Assembly: GCA_002478265.1 (NCBI GenBank) | Contig: DLNC01000012.1 | Coordinates: 114,074-178,073, forward strand | Source: Syntrophaceae bacterium UBA7520 | GTDB taxonomy: Bacteria; Desulfobacterota; Syntrophia; Syntrophales; Smithellaceae | DNA: 64,000 nucleotides | Reading direction: 5' to 3' | Part shown: positions 27,321 through 36,850 of the stretch, piece by piece | How positions within the stretch are numbered: the stretch's first letter is position 1 | Layout: the number at the start of each line of letters is the position of its first letter | Notes under the pieces: generated by a model | Database searches by the model: none | Seen by the model: the letters and a program-made list of their open reading frames with translations, nothing else | What the model was told of the DNA's origin: nothing | Translations under genes and position numbers: made by a program

Positions 27321-28349
27321 ATGAAGTTAAGCGAATACATAAAAAAATACCGCCTACCGGTCACCATTGTTCTGGCGTTGACGGGCATTGGCCTAATGCT
27401 CTACTATGATTACTGCGATACCGTCTGCAGTTTCCTGCGGGGCGATATTTTCGGCATTGATCTTAAATGGATCGGGATTGCCTATATGGCGATCATTATA
27501 ATTTTTACGGCTTTTCAGCAATTTGATTTTGTGCGCGCGCTGCTCGCGGCCGGCCTGGGTGTAGAGATTTATCTTTACAGTTTTCAGATTCAAAACAGCG
27601 TCTATTGCCCTTTCTGCCTGGCTTTTTCCGTTGTGGTGATTTTGTCATTCATCATCAATTATGAAGCATCGCCCGCGTGGCGGGAAAACCAGCGCAAGAT
27701 GTGGCTATATTTCTTAGGGGAGGTAAATTTTCCGATGTTTAAAATAAAAAAATTGCCGTTGGCCATGGTTGCTCTGATCGGGTATTTTTTTGTTTTTTTA
27801 ACCTTTACCGGTTCGGTTACGCCTGTCTATGGACAGGATAAGATAACGGGCATTCCTTCACTCGGCAAAGGCCCGTACGAAGTTATGATGTTTTCCAATT
27901 ACTTTTGCCCACCCTGCCGCAAAATAGATACCAAAGCCGAACCCTTATTCAAAGAATTGCTGGGAACCGGCAAAGTTAAGATAATATTTATTGATGTGCC
28001 TTTCTCGAGTCCGGCTGCTATTTATGCTAAATATTACTTGTATGCCGCCAATATTGATCCCAGCGCAGAGAATATCCTTCATGTGCGAAATATACTTTTT
28101 GAAGCAGCACAGGGCATGCGCATTAAGGATGAAAACGCATTAGCAACCTATTTGAAGGAAAAGAAAGTATCCTGGAAGACAATGGATGAAAAATCAGTTT
28201 TCCCACTAATGAGCGTGGTTATTAAAGAAAATCAAATCAATGCCACGCCCACCTGTGTCATAAAATATTCGGAAAAAGACATAAAGAAATATGTTGGCGA
28301 CGATGAAATTTGGAGAGGGCTGACAGAGCTTAAAAAACAACTAAAATAA
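27321..28349 (+). CDS. VKOR-like membrane thiol oxidoreductase fused to a periplasmic DsbA/thioredoxin-like domain
   Basis: Start placed at ATG 27321, after AAGGAGG. A loop Cys pair (YCDTVC) follows TM1, a CxxC (YCPFCL) sits at the start of TM4, a fifth TM follows, then FCPPCRK in a Trx-fold domain. Confidence 0.55.
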   Translation: MKLSEYIKKYRLPVTIVLALTGIGLMLYYDYCDTVCSFLRGDIFGIDLKWIGIAYMAIIIIFTAFQQFDFVRALLAAGLGVEIYLYSFQIQNSVYCPFCLAFSVVVILSFIINYEASPAWRENQRKMWLYFLGEVNFPMFKIKKLPLAMVALIGYFFVFLTFTGSVTPVYGQDKITGIPSLGKGPYEVMMFSNYFCPPCRKIDTKAEPLFKELLGTGKVKIIFIDVPFSSPAAIYAKYYLYAANIDPSAENILHVRNILFEAAQGMRIKDENALATYLKEKKVSWKTMDEKSVFPLMSVVIKENQINATPTCVIKYSEKDIKKYVGDDEIWRGLTELKKQLK

Positions 28350-28372
28350 TCAAATTAACGGAAAGTATTTTT

Positions 28373-29542
28373 ATGAAAGAATGGCAAAAACTTTTCTGGA
28401 TCGTCGCGATCTTTCTGGGCGCTTACTATATTCCTTGGGAAGCAGCAATAATCCGTCAATCCGGCCTGGAAGCATTTATGATGCTTCAGGAATACGCCCG
28501 CCAGCACGTGCTCACCTGTCTCATTCCCGCTTTTTTTATCGCGGGGGCGATAGCGGTATTTGTCTCGCAGGCGGCGGTGCTCAAATATTTCGGCGCGAAA
28601 GCCAATAAATTTTTATCTTATTCCGTGGCTTCTGTTTCCGGATCAGTTCTGGCGGTTTGTTCCTGCACTGTTTTGCCGCTCTTCGCGGGAATATACACGC
28701 GCGGCGCGGGTATCGGCCCGGCAACCGCTTTCTTATATTCTGGTCCGGCCATAAACGTCCTGGCAATAATTTTAACCGCTAAAGTCCTGGGCTGGCAACT
28801 AGGTCTGGCGCGCGCCATCGGCGCCATTCTTTTCGCCATTGTCGCGGGGCTTTTGATGGCTTATATCTTCCGCAAGGACGACGCCAACAGAGATAAAGGC
28901 GAAATCTTTTTGCCGGACGAAGAAAAAACAAGGCCGCTTTGGCAGAACGCTGTGTATATGCTGACGATGGTATTGATTTTAATTTTTGCTTCGTTTGCGA
29001 GGCCTTCGGAAAGTGATTCTCAAATTTGGCAGACAATTTATTCCGTTAAGTGGTACCTGACCGCATTCCTGCTGATTGTTCTGGCCGTGATTCTTAAAGC
29101 CTGGTTCATTAAACAGGAACTTAAAGAATGGGTGAAATCTTCCTGGGATTTTGCGCTGCAGATTCTGCCGCTGCTTTTGGCGGGAGTTTTAGTAGCGGGA
29201 TTTTTACTGGGACGCCCCGGGCACCCGGCGCTGATTCCCGAACAATACATTCAGACGCTTGTCGGCGGAAATTCTTTCTTCGCAAATTTTTTCGCGTCCC
29301 TTGTCGGCGCTTTAATGTATTTTGCCACACTTACCGAAGTGCCGATTTTGCAGGGATTAATCGGCTCTGGAATGGGACAAGGTCCCGCACTCGCGCTGCT
29401 TTTAGCAGGACCTGCTTTATCATTACCGAACATGATTGCCATTGCCAGTATCATGGGCATCAAAAAAACGGCTGTTTACAGCATCATTGTCGTGATTCTT
29501 TCGACGTTTGCCGGCATGAGTTACGGCTGGTTCATGTCTTAA
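28373..29542 (+). CDS. DUF318/ArsP-like permease (putative organoarsenical efflux)
   Basis: 389 aa, polytopic. It has AVCSCTVLPLF and FLYSGPAINVLAI motifs like the ArsP/UPF0718 permeases found in ars operons. Confidence 0.65.
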   Translation: MKEWQKLFWIVAIFLGAYYIPWEAAIIRQSGLEAFMMLQEYARQHVLTCLIPAFFIAGAIAVFVSQAAVLKYFGAKANKFLSYSVASVSGSVLAVCSCTVLPLFAGIYTRGAGIGPATAFLYSGPAINVLAIILTAKVLGWQLGLARAIGAILFAIVAGLLMAYIFRKDDANRDKGEIFLPDEEKTRPLWQNAVYMLTMVLILIFASFARPSESDSQIWQTIYSVKWYLTAFLLIVLAVILKAWFIKQELKEWVKSSWDFALQILPLLLAGVLVAGFLLGRPGHPALIPEQYIQTLVGGNSFFANFFASLVGALMYFATLTEVPILQGLIGSGMGQGPALALLLAGPALSLPNMIAIASIMGIKKTAVYSIIVVILSTFAGMSYGWFMS

Positions 29543-29570
29543 ATATAATATAAACAATGAACCGGCAAAG

Positions 29571-30674
29571 ATGGATGAATTAAATAAAATATATATTGAG
29601 CCGACCAACCGCTGCAACCTGAACTGTCTTATATGTATCCGCAATTCTTGGAACGAAACATACGGGGAAATGGCTTGGCCGGTATACCGAAAATTAATCA
29701 ATGATCTCAAAGACTTTCCTGAAGCGAAAACAATAGCTTTTGCCGGCCTGGGCGAACCGCTGCTTCACCCCAAGCTGCCGGAAATGATTAGTCTTGCCCA
29801 CGAACGAGGATTAAGAACGGAAATAACAAGCAACGCGCTTCTGCTGACTCCGGCAATGGCGCGCCAGCTTATTGACGCCGGACTGAATCAGTTTACTGTT
29901 TCCATTGACGGTGCTTCAGAAGATGTTTATGAAAACATCCGTCCCGGCTCCTCGCTCGAACAAATTGTAAAAAACGTCACGTATCTGCGCCGGCTGACCG
30001 AGGCAGATGCCAAGCCTATCAGAATCGGCGTCGTTTTTGTCGCGATGAGGCGCAACATACAAGAGCTTCCTTATCTCAAAAAAATTGCGCGCAGAATAAA
30101 AGCTTCCTTCATCCTCTTAACCAACATTCTGCCCTATACGGCGGAACTGCAGGATGAAATTCTCTATCGGCTTGGGCCGAGAACAAACAGAATAAGCGGA
30201 GTGCCGTCTTCTCCCCTCTGGATACTGCCGGACATGGATTTCACTGAAGAAACGATGAAACCGCTGGCTTCAATATTTCGCAGTCCTTCAAGCTTGGCAT
30301 TTCTTGATTTTCCCTTAAACAGGAGAAACAATTATTGCCCTTTTATCAGCGCCGGCAGTGTTTCCATAGGATGGCACGGCGGCGTTAGTCCGTGCCTGCC
30401 TCTTTTGCATTCCTATACTTGCTTTATCAGGAACAGGGAAAAGAGATTTTTGCGCTGCGAATTTGGAAATCTGGCAGAGCGTCGGTTGAAGGAAATTTGG
30501 GCAGAACCGGGATTTTCATCATTACGCGAGCGTGTGCGCGCGTTTGATTTTCCGCCCTGCACCGATTGCGGCGGATGCGAACTGGCCGAAACAAACGAGG
30601 AAGATTGCTTCGGCAACAAATTTCCGGTTTGCGGCGATTGCCTTTGGGCGCGCGGTGTCTTACGCTGTCCCTGA
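29571..30674 (+). CDS. radical SAM enzyme with C-terminal SPASM/twitch domain
   Basis: 367 aa. CNLNCLIC (Cx3Cx2C) motif, GGEPLL-like GLGEPLL, and a C-terminal Cys cluster (CPFISAG...C, CTDCGGC, CGDCLWARGVLRCP). Confidence 0.8.
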   Translation: MDELNKIYIEPTNRCNLNCLICIRNSWNETYGEMAWPVYRKLINDLKDFPEAKTIAFAGLGEPLLHPKLPEMISLAHERGLRTEITSNALLLTPAMARQLIDAGLNQFTVSIDGASEDVYENIRPGSSLEQIVKNVTYLRRLTEADAKPIRIGVVFVAMRRNIQELPYLKKIARRIKASFILLTNILPYTAELQDEILYRLGPRTNRISGVPSSPLWILPDMDFTEETMKPLASIFRSPSSLAFLDFPLNRRNNYCPFISAGSVSIGWHGGVSPCLPLLHSYTCFIRNREKRFLRCEFGNLAERRLKEIWAEPGFSSLRERVRAFDFPPCTDCGGCELAETNEEDCFGNKFPVCGDCLWARGVLRCP

Positions 30675-30762
30675 CGAAAATTATGCATCAGATGCTTGTT
30701 TTTTCTTCTTCATTAAAATATTAATATTTGCTACATATTAAAGCTATCTTAGGGGAAAAACG

Positions 30763-31356
30763 ATGAGATCGTTTTGGCTTTGCTTTGTACCGCTCTTTGT
30801 GGCTGTGGATGCCATAGGTCTTTTACCCATTTTTATCGGGTTTACCGAAGGAATTCAGAAACAACTGGTGAGAAAAATTATTTATCAATCAATGTTTACC
30901 GCGCTGGTTGTGGCTATCGCTTTTATTGCGCTGGGCACGGCTATCTTTCGTTTTCTTAACATCAGCATTGCCGACTTTATGGTTGCGGGCGGGACGTTGC
31001 TATTTATTATTTCCATTCGTGACATTCTTTCTTCCGGAGAAAAGGCAACGGCCGTCGACCCGGAGAGTATCGGCGTTGTACCAATCGGCGTGCCGCTGAT
31101 TACCGGCCCGGCGGTGCTGACAACTTCGCTTCTTTTAATTGCGGAACACAACGCCCTGGTCACCTCGCTGGCCATTGCGGCAAACATCATCATCGCCGGC
31201 ATCGTCTTTTTCACTGCGCCATTGATTAACCGCGCACTCGGCAAAACCGGAGCGCGCGCGATCTCTAAAATCACGAGCTTGCTGCTGGCCGCCATCGGCG
31301 TAATGATTGTCCGGCGCGGCATCCTGATGATCATTGCAGAAAGAGCCAGCGCGTAA
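30763..31356 (+). CDS. MarC-family (UPF0056) membrane protein
   Basis: 197 aa with 6 TM helices. VAVDAIGLLPIF and PLITGPA motifs. Confidence 0.75.
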   Translation: MRSFWLCFVPLFVAVDAIGLLPIFIGFTEGIQKQLVRKIIYQSMFTALVVAIAFIALGTAIFRFLNISIADFMVAGGTLLFIISIRDILSSGEKATAVDPESIGVVPIGVPLITGPAVLTTSLLLIAEHNALVTSLAIAANIIIAGIVFFTAPLINRALGKTGARAISKITSLLLAAIGVMIVRRGILMIIAERASA

Positions 31357-31358
31357 AA

Positions 31359-31387
31359 AAATCCGGCTGCTGGAGGCAGCCGGATTT
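31359..31387. terminator. bidirectional hairpin terminator between convergent genes
   Basis: AAATCCGGCTGC - TGGAG - GCAGCCGGATTT, a perfect 12-bp stem flanked by an A-run on one side and a T-rich tract on the other. Confidence 0.7.
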
Positions 31388-31447
31388 CCTTTGCTTTCGC
31401 TTAAGCAGCGATTTTATCTTCTGACCGCAGCGCAGCCAACGTCTTTT

Positions 31448-34171
31448 TTAACGCGCTTTTTTTAAAACATGCAGCCGTAACCATTTCTCCGCCCCCACCA
31501 CAGCGTAAATTGCAATGGAAACCGCGATAATCATAAGCCAATCACTGACAGAAATGGGTTGGCTTCCGAAAATTCTGTTCATCACCGGAGAATATGTATA
31601 AAACAACTGCAGGATGATCATTGCCGCAGAGCCAAACAGTACCCACGGGTTGGTAAATATACCTATCTTAAACATCGATTTGGTTAGCGAGCGACAGTTA
31701 AACAAATAGGTCAGTTCGATCATCACAAACAGGTTCACCGCCACAGTGCGCGCTTCCGCCAGCGGGTATCCCTGATATTTTTGCCAGGTAAAAATGGTGA
31801 AAACAGCCGCCAGCATTAAAAATGACACCATCAGGATTCTGGCGATAAGAATTCCCGTAAGTATCGGGCTGTTCGGTTCACGTGGCGGATAATCCATTAT
31901 ATCCGGCTCACCCGGCTCGAACGCCAGCATCAGGCCCAGAAGAATCGCCGTGGTCATATTAACCCAGAGAATCTGCACCGGCAGGATGGGCAGTGTTACC
32001 CCGGAAAAAATCGCGGCCAGAATAACCAGACCTTCGCCACCGTTGGTAGGCAGCGTCCAGGTAATGAATTTCACCAGATTATCGAAGATGCGTCGGCCTT
32101 CTTCCACCGCGCGCGTGATCGAGGCGAAATTGTCATCGGTCAGTACCATATCCGCCGCTTCCTTGGAAACATCCGTGCCGGTAATCCCCATGGCGATGCC
32201 GATATCCGCCTGCTTGAGCGCGGGCGCGTCATTGACGCCGTCACCGGTCATCGCCACAACATGATGGCGCGCCTGCAGCGCTTCCACCAGGCGCAGTTTC
32301 TGTTCCGGGGCGACACGGGCAAAAACCGAAGTTTTTTCCGCCGCAGCAATCAGTTCTTCGTCGGTCAGCTTTTCTAGTTCTTTTCCGGTAAGCGTGACCG
32401 GATTGGTTTCGCTTGCGCCTTTTTCCTGGCCGATATTCAATTGGCGGGCAATCTCCGTGGCGGTAATCGCGTGATCACCGGTAATCATCTTGACCATTAT
32501 GCCCGCTTTATGGCAGGAACGAACAGCCGCGATGGCTTCCGTCCGCGGCGGATCAATCATGCCCTGCAGTCCTAAAAAAGTAAGGCCGGATAGACAATCT
32601 TCTACTTCCAGATTTTTCTTGGCGGTAATTTTGCGCGCCAGGGCGAGCACGCGCAGTCCTTCACTCGCCATTTGCTCCACTTTGGAGAGCAAATCGTCCT
32701 TATTTAAAGAAGCCCCACCGCCGCCGACGCCAAGACTGTCCGAACAGGCATCCAGTATTTTTTCCACCGCTCCTTTAACATAGATAATATTTTCACCTTC
32801 AGTTTTTGTGCTGTGCAAGCTGGCCATGAATTGACGCTCGGATTCGAATGGAATCTCATCAAGGCGCGGCATTTCCGCTTTGGCGTTGTCCGGCGTGAGA
32901 CCGGCTTTTCCGGCTACCGTAATCAACGCGCCTTCGGTCGGGTCTCCCTCAATGCGCCAGAGATCCTCCTCCTGCACCAGACGCGAATCATTGCACAACA
33001 GCCCGGCCAATAAAGTTTCTTTAAGCGTTAGGGGCAATACTTCGCCAAGACGTTTGCCTTCATCAAGCAATTGCCCTTCCGGCGCGTAGCCGTTTCCTTC
33101 GACATCATACATCTTATCCGCCGTGAAGATTTTCTTGACCGTCATTTGATTTTCCGTCAGCGTTCCTGTTTTATCCGAACAGATAACGGTGGTGCTCCCC
33201 AGCGTCTCCACTGCGGGCAGTTTCCGGATAATGGCTTTTTTCTTCGCCATACGGTTGACGCCGATAGCTAATGTAATGGTTACCGCCGCGGGCAGTCCTT
33301 CCGGAATGGCGCCTACCGCCAATGCCACAGCCGCCATGAACATATAAACGGCGTTTTCTCCGCGCCACAGACCTACGGCAAATGTTACCGCCGCCAGAAC
33401 AAGAATCACGATCAGCAAAACTTTACTGAAAGCGGCAATTTTTTTGGTCAGGGGCGTGGAAAGATCCGCCGCCGTGGCAATCAACTCCGAGATGCGCCCT
33501 GTTTCTGTATTATCGCCCGTCGCCACAACAACGGCTCGCGCCTGCCCGTAGGTAACCAGCGTGCCCGCATAGGCCATATTACGGCGGTCAGCCAGAATCG
33601 TCTCAGGATCGAGCACTTCCTCTTTTTTGATCACCGGCACGGATTCACCCGTCAGCGCGGACTCATCGACCTGCAGATCGCGGCAGCGCAGCAGACGGAC
33701 ATCGGCGGGAACTTTATCGCCGGACTGCAGCTGAATAATATCTCCGACAACAAGCCCCACGGCATCTATGGACTGCCATTTGCCGTCTCGCAATACGTTT
33801 GTCTGCGTCGTCATCATCTTTTTCAGCGACTCGATCGCACTCTCCGCCTTGGACTCCTGGACAAAACCGATAATCGCGTTGACAATCACCACGCCGAATA
33901 TTACCGAAGAATCAACCCATTCCTGCAAAAGTAGAGTGACTGTGCCGGCGGCAATAAGTATATAGACCAGCGGCTGATGAAACTGCAGAAGAAACCTCAA
34001 AAGCGGGCCCCTTTTCTTTTGCGCGGTTACAGTATTAGGACCAAATTTTTCCAGCCGATGCTTTGCTTCAAACATCGCCAGGCCTTTATCCGGATCCGTG
34101 TTCAGAAAAGTGGTAACCTCAGATGAAGGGCAGTGATGCCAGTGCTTGCAGACAATAGATTCCATAATCAA
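31448..34171 (-). CDS. P-type ATPase, type II cation (Ca2+/Mg2+-like) transporter
   Basis: 907 aa. [17 protein letters not shown] and [11 protein letters not shown] motifs. AAGGAG RBS. Confidence 0.9.
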   Translation of the reverse strand: MIMESIVCKHWHHCPSSEVTTFLNTDPDKGLAMFEAKHRLEKFGPNTVTAQKKRGPLLRFLLQFHQPLVYILIAAGTVTLLLQEWVDSSVIFGVVIVNAIIGFVQESKAESAIESLKKMMTTQTNVLRDGKWQSIDAVGLVVGDIIQLQSGDKVPADVRLLRCRDLQVDESALTGESVPVIKKEEVLDPETILADRRNMAYAGTLVTYGQARAVVVATGDNTETGRISELIATAADLSTPLTKKIAAFSKVLLIVILVLAAVTFAVGLWRGENAVYMFMAAVALAVGAIPEGLPAAVTITLAIGVNRMAKKKAIIRKLPAVETLGSTTVICSDKTGTLTENQMTVKKIFTADKMYDVEGNGYAPEGQLLDEGKRLGEVLPLTLKETLLAGLLCNDSRLVQEEDLWRIEGDPTEGALITVAGKAGLTPDNAKAEMPRLDEIPFESERQFMASLHSTKTEGENIIYVKGAVEKILDACSDSLGVGGGGASLNKDDLLSKVEQMASEGLRVLALARKITAKKNLEVEDCLSGLTFLGLQGMIDPPRTEAIAAVRSCHKAGIMVKMITGDHAITATEIARQLNIGQEKGASETNPVTLTGKELEKLTDEELIAAAEKTSVFARVAPEQKLRLVEALQARHHVVAMTGDGVNDAPALKQADIGIAMGITGTDVSKEAADMVLTDDNFASITRAVEEGRRIFDNLVKFITWTLPTNGGEGLVILAAIFSGVTLPILPVQILWVNMTTAILLGLMLAFEPGEPDIMDYPPREPNSPILTGILIARILMVSFLMLAAVFTIFTWQKYQGYPLAEARTVAVNLFVMIELTYLFNCRSLTKSMFKIGIFTNPWVLFGSAAMIILQLFYTYSPVMNRIFGSQPISVSDWLMIIAVSIAIYAVVGAEKWLRLHVLKKAR

Positions 34172-34417
34172 TCTCCTTTTTGCGCTATTCGCCCCTTCGC
34201 TGTGGGGCAGTTATTATAAATAAAACCGGCCGTTGATGTATCCCCTGATTAAATAAAAAGACATTCAACAAGTTTTTTAAGTTTAGCCCAATAAAACCTT
34301 TATTGTCAATAAAAACCGGCTCAGGCGTAATTCCCTGTCAGAAAAATAATCTGATCTGATTGCGCCGAAAGGCGAATTATTCACCTGGCGAAGCAAAATA
34401 TTTTTAATACCGATTGA

Positions 34418-35293
34418 TTACGGCCGCAATTTTTCCGGATACATTTTCTGCATGCATTCCGGGCAGAGCGCATGGCTGAACTCCAGATCCGCGTGCTTGC
34501 TCAAATATGCTTCCAACTGACTCCATGAACCTTGATAGTCTCTGATTTTCTTGCAGGCGGCACAGATAGGAATAAGACCGGCAATTGTTTTAATTTCGTC
34601 TTTTGCGGTAAGCATTTCCTGCTCCACCCGTTGGGCATTAATGATGATCAGGGCAATGATGAGAATAATATAAGCGGCAATGCTGCCCAAAAAAGTGAAC
34701 TGATGAGAAAGACCCGCTTGCATCAAATCAGCCATATGCTCTTTCTCGAAGAAGCAGGAAACCGCCCTGAAGAGCGGCCATGCTGCACACAACACTAAAA
34801 ACCAGTATAACGCATAATTCCTTTTTCGTAATACCCTCGGCAGATCACGCCGCGCGATTATAATCATCATGATACAAAGCATGGCCTGAAAAAAGGAAAA
34901 GACAATAAAACGATAAGCCAGACTCGGCATGCTATAAGTTAAATACAGATAAAGCGCGACAAATATAATCATGGATCCGGCGTAAAAATTATAAGCCGGC
35001 CGCGTGCCGGAAAAACGGCTCAAGCCCGCGTTTATAAGAACGATGGAAAACAGAAGCAGTGCGTTGCTCGCGATAACAGTGAAAAAATCCGGTAAAATAT
35101 TGCGCTGACTCAAAAGCAGCATTCCCAAGGCGTTGCTCAGCGCGGCAAAAACCCAATACAAAAATCCTTCATACGTCTTTTGCTTTCGCCGAATATAAAA
35201 CATGCACGCGAAGAGAATCAGCGAGGTGATTCCGGAAACAAAAATGAGCGTGCGCATGTCCAGAAAATGTTGCATCTTGCACCACTGCAGCAC
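34418..35293 (-). CDS. 7-TM receptor-like membrane protein with C-terminal CxxC...CxxC (zinc-ribbon-like) tail
   Basis: 291 aa. Seven hydrophobic helices and a short coiled segment are followed by IPICAACKKIRDYQGSWSQLEAYLSKHADLEFSHALCPEC. The exact start is uncertain (several Met near the N-terminus). Confidence 0.55.
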   Translation of the reverse strand: MLQWCKMQHFLDMRTLIFVSGITSLILFACMFYIRRKQKTYEGFLYWVFAALSNALGMLLLSQRNILPDFFTVIASNALLLFSIVLINAGLSRFSGTRPAYNFYAGSMIIFVALYLYLTYSMPSLAYRFIVFSFFQAMLCIMMIIIARRDLPRVLRKRNYALYWFLVLCAAWPLFRAVSCFFEKEHMADLMQAGLSHQFTFLGSIAAYIILIIALIIINAQRVEQEMLTAKDEIKTIAGLIPICAACKKIRDYQGSWSQLEAYLSKHADLEFSHALCPECMQKMYPEKLRP

Positions 35294-35329
35294 AACGGCT
35301 GCTGCCGCGTTACATTTTGGATAACCGCT

Positions 35330-35578
35330 TTAATGACCGCAGGTTGAGCAGTTTGACGACGAACAGGATGAACAACTCGAGGAGGAAGAAGTCGAAGAAC
35401 TTGCTGACGAACCTTTACCCAACGATCCATACTTGCCCTTCCCGACTTTTGAGATAAGTTTGCGGGTTTTTTTTGATTTACACTTGGGGCACACGGCATT
35501 GGGTTTTTCGCTCATGCTCATGGTCAAAACTTCAAATTGTTTTTTACAATTATCACACTGAAATTCGTAAATTGGCAT
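35330..35578 (-). CDS. FmdB-family zinc-ribbon protein (CxxC_CxxC_SSSS type)
   Basis: Start at ATG 35578 (MPIYEFQCDNCKKQFEV...CPKC). The tail is Ser/Cys-rich: SSSTSSSSSCSSCSSSNCSTCGH. Confidence 0.8.
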   Translation of the reverse strand: MPIYEFQCDNCKKQFEVLTMSMSEKPNAVCPKCKSKKTRKLISKVGKGKYGSLGKGSSASSSTSSSSSCSSCSSSNCSTCGH

Positions 35579-35701
35579 ACCTGTTTTATCCTGCAACTTT
35601 TAACTAAGATTAGTGCTCATAATGGAAAAAGTCAATATTATCAAGGTAAAATATTGAGCGGAAATATCAACGATATCAATGCGTTTTTATCTAAAAAAAT
35701 A

Positions 35702-36832
35702 TTATAGGGGCCTCCCCATCAGCAGGCGAAGCATATTGATAATCATCTTTTTGCGTCCCGCTTTTTCAGCCAGGATGCTTAAATAGAGAAGTTCCGTGTT
35801 CAAAGGCGGTACGGTAAGCTTGTCTTTTTTAAACAGCTTTGCCGCGCCGGGCTTGCATTTGGTCACGCACAATCCACAACCTATACATCTTTCCGGATCA
35901 ACACGATAAAAGCCGTTGTCCGAGAGAATTGCTCCCATCTGGCAGCGCTCAAGGCATATGCCGCATGCTTTGCACAAATACATATCTATGCACGCGTAGT
36001 AGTTTGAAGCGAAATACCGGGCGGGATGTTCGTGTTTTTTGGCGGTAGTCAAAATACCGCAACAGCAGCCGCAGCAGATGCAGATACAGTTCGGTTTCCG
36101 CGAATTGCCCGGCTGCAAGACCATGCCCTTTTCTTCGGCCATATCCAGAATTTCCAGACATTCCTCTTTGGATATCCGCCGGGCGCGGTTTCTGGCCGCG
36201 TGGCTGCTTCTTCCGATCAGGAGGCATACCTCTATATTATCTGTTCGCAGGCAGGGTTTTCCCAAAATGGCTTCGCCCTGCTTGCAGACACAGTTGGCTA
36301 CATGTATCGCTTCCCGAGTGCGCGCGATGTAGCGGCGTATGTTGTCATAGGTATCGACGATATATTCGGGAACAATCGCCTTCAGATGCGGGCTTGTCCG
36401 AAGCTGGGGCAACGACGAGCGGAAAAATTCTTTGTCGAAAGCTTCGTCAAAATATTGATGAATCATATCCACCAATTCCCGCGTCAGACTATCCACCTGA
36501 TATTCAAACATCCCGATAGCCAGCATGGCCATGCTGTAGCGCGGTTTTCCCGGGCGGCTGGAACGGCTGATTACCCCCTTGATAAACATTTCCTCCAGCA
36601 GCACCGATAAATCTTCCTGCGACATCTCTGCGCCGAAAGATTTGGTGAATCTTTTGTGAATTGCGGATACGGGCAGCGAACGCAGCGTGAGACACAGGGC
36701 GATTTTTGCCTGCAGCGGCGTGAAAAAATATTTGAGTATATCGATTTCCACACCGCTGGGCGCGGCGGGATACCCTATCGGATATTTATCCAGTTGCATC
36801 TGCAACCGGCGGTAAATTTGCTCTTCGGTCAC
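35702..36832 (-). CDS. Cys-rich Fe-S protein, paralogue 1 (wHTH-like N-terminus + CxC..C..C + CxCCxCCC + 2x[4Fe-4S] ferredoxin motifs)
   Basis: 376 aa, GTG start after GGAG. Motifs CVCKQGEAILGKPC..EVC, CICICCGCCC, CKACGICLERC and CIGCGLCVTKC. Collinear with the ORFs at 41555 and 42825. Confidence 0.7.
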   Translation of the reverse strand: MTEEQIYRRLQMQLDKYPIGYPAAPSGVEIDILKYFFTPLQAKIALCLTLRSLPVSAIHKRFTKSFGAEMSQEDLSVLLEEMFIKGVISRSSRPGKPRYSMAMLAIGMFEYQVDSLTRELVDMIHQYFDEAFDKEFFRSSLPQLRTSPHLKAIVPEYIVDTYDNIRRYIARTREAIHVANCVCKQGEAILGKPCLRTDNIEVCLLIGRSSHAARNRARRISKEECLEILDMAEEKGMVLQPGNSRKPNCICICCGCCCGILTTAKKHEHPARYFASNYYACIDMYLCKACGICLERCQMGAILSDNGFYRVDPERCIGCGLCVTKCKPGAAKLFKKDKLTVPPLNTELLYLSILAEKAGRKKMIINMLRLLMGRPL

Positions 36833-36850
36833 CGGATATCTCCGCGGAAA

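Noticed and set aside
34172-34417. Riboswitch (for example M-box) in the 246-nt region upstream of the P-type ATPase
   Set aside because: I could find only a TTGACA-18-TAAACT promoter and short 4-5-bp hairpins. None of the conserved riboswitch cores I know is recognisable. This needs an Rfam/Infernal scan to exclude formally.
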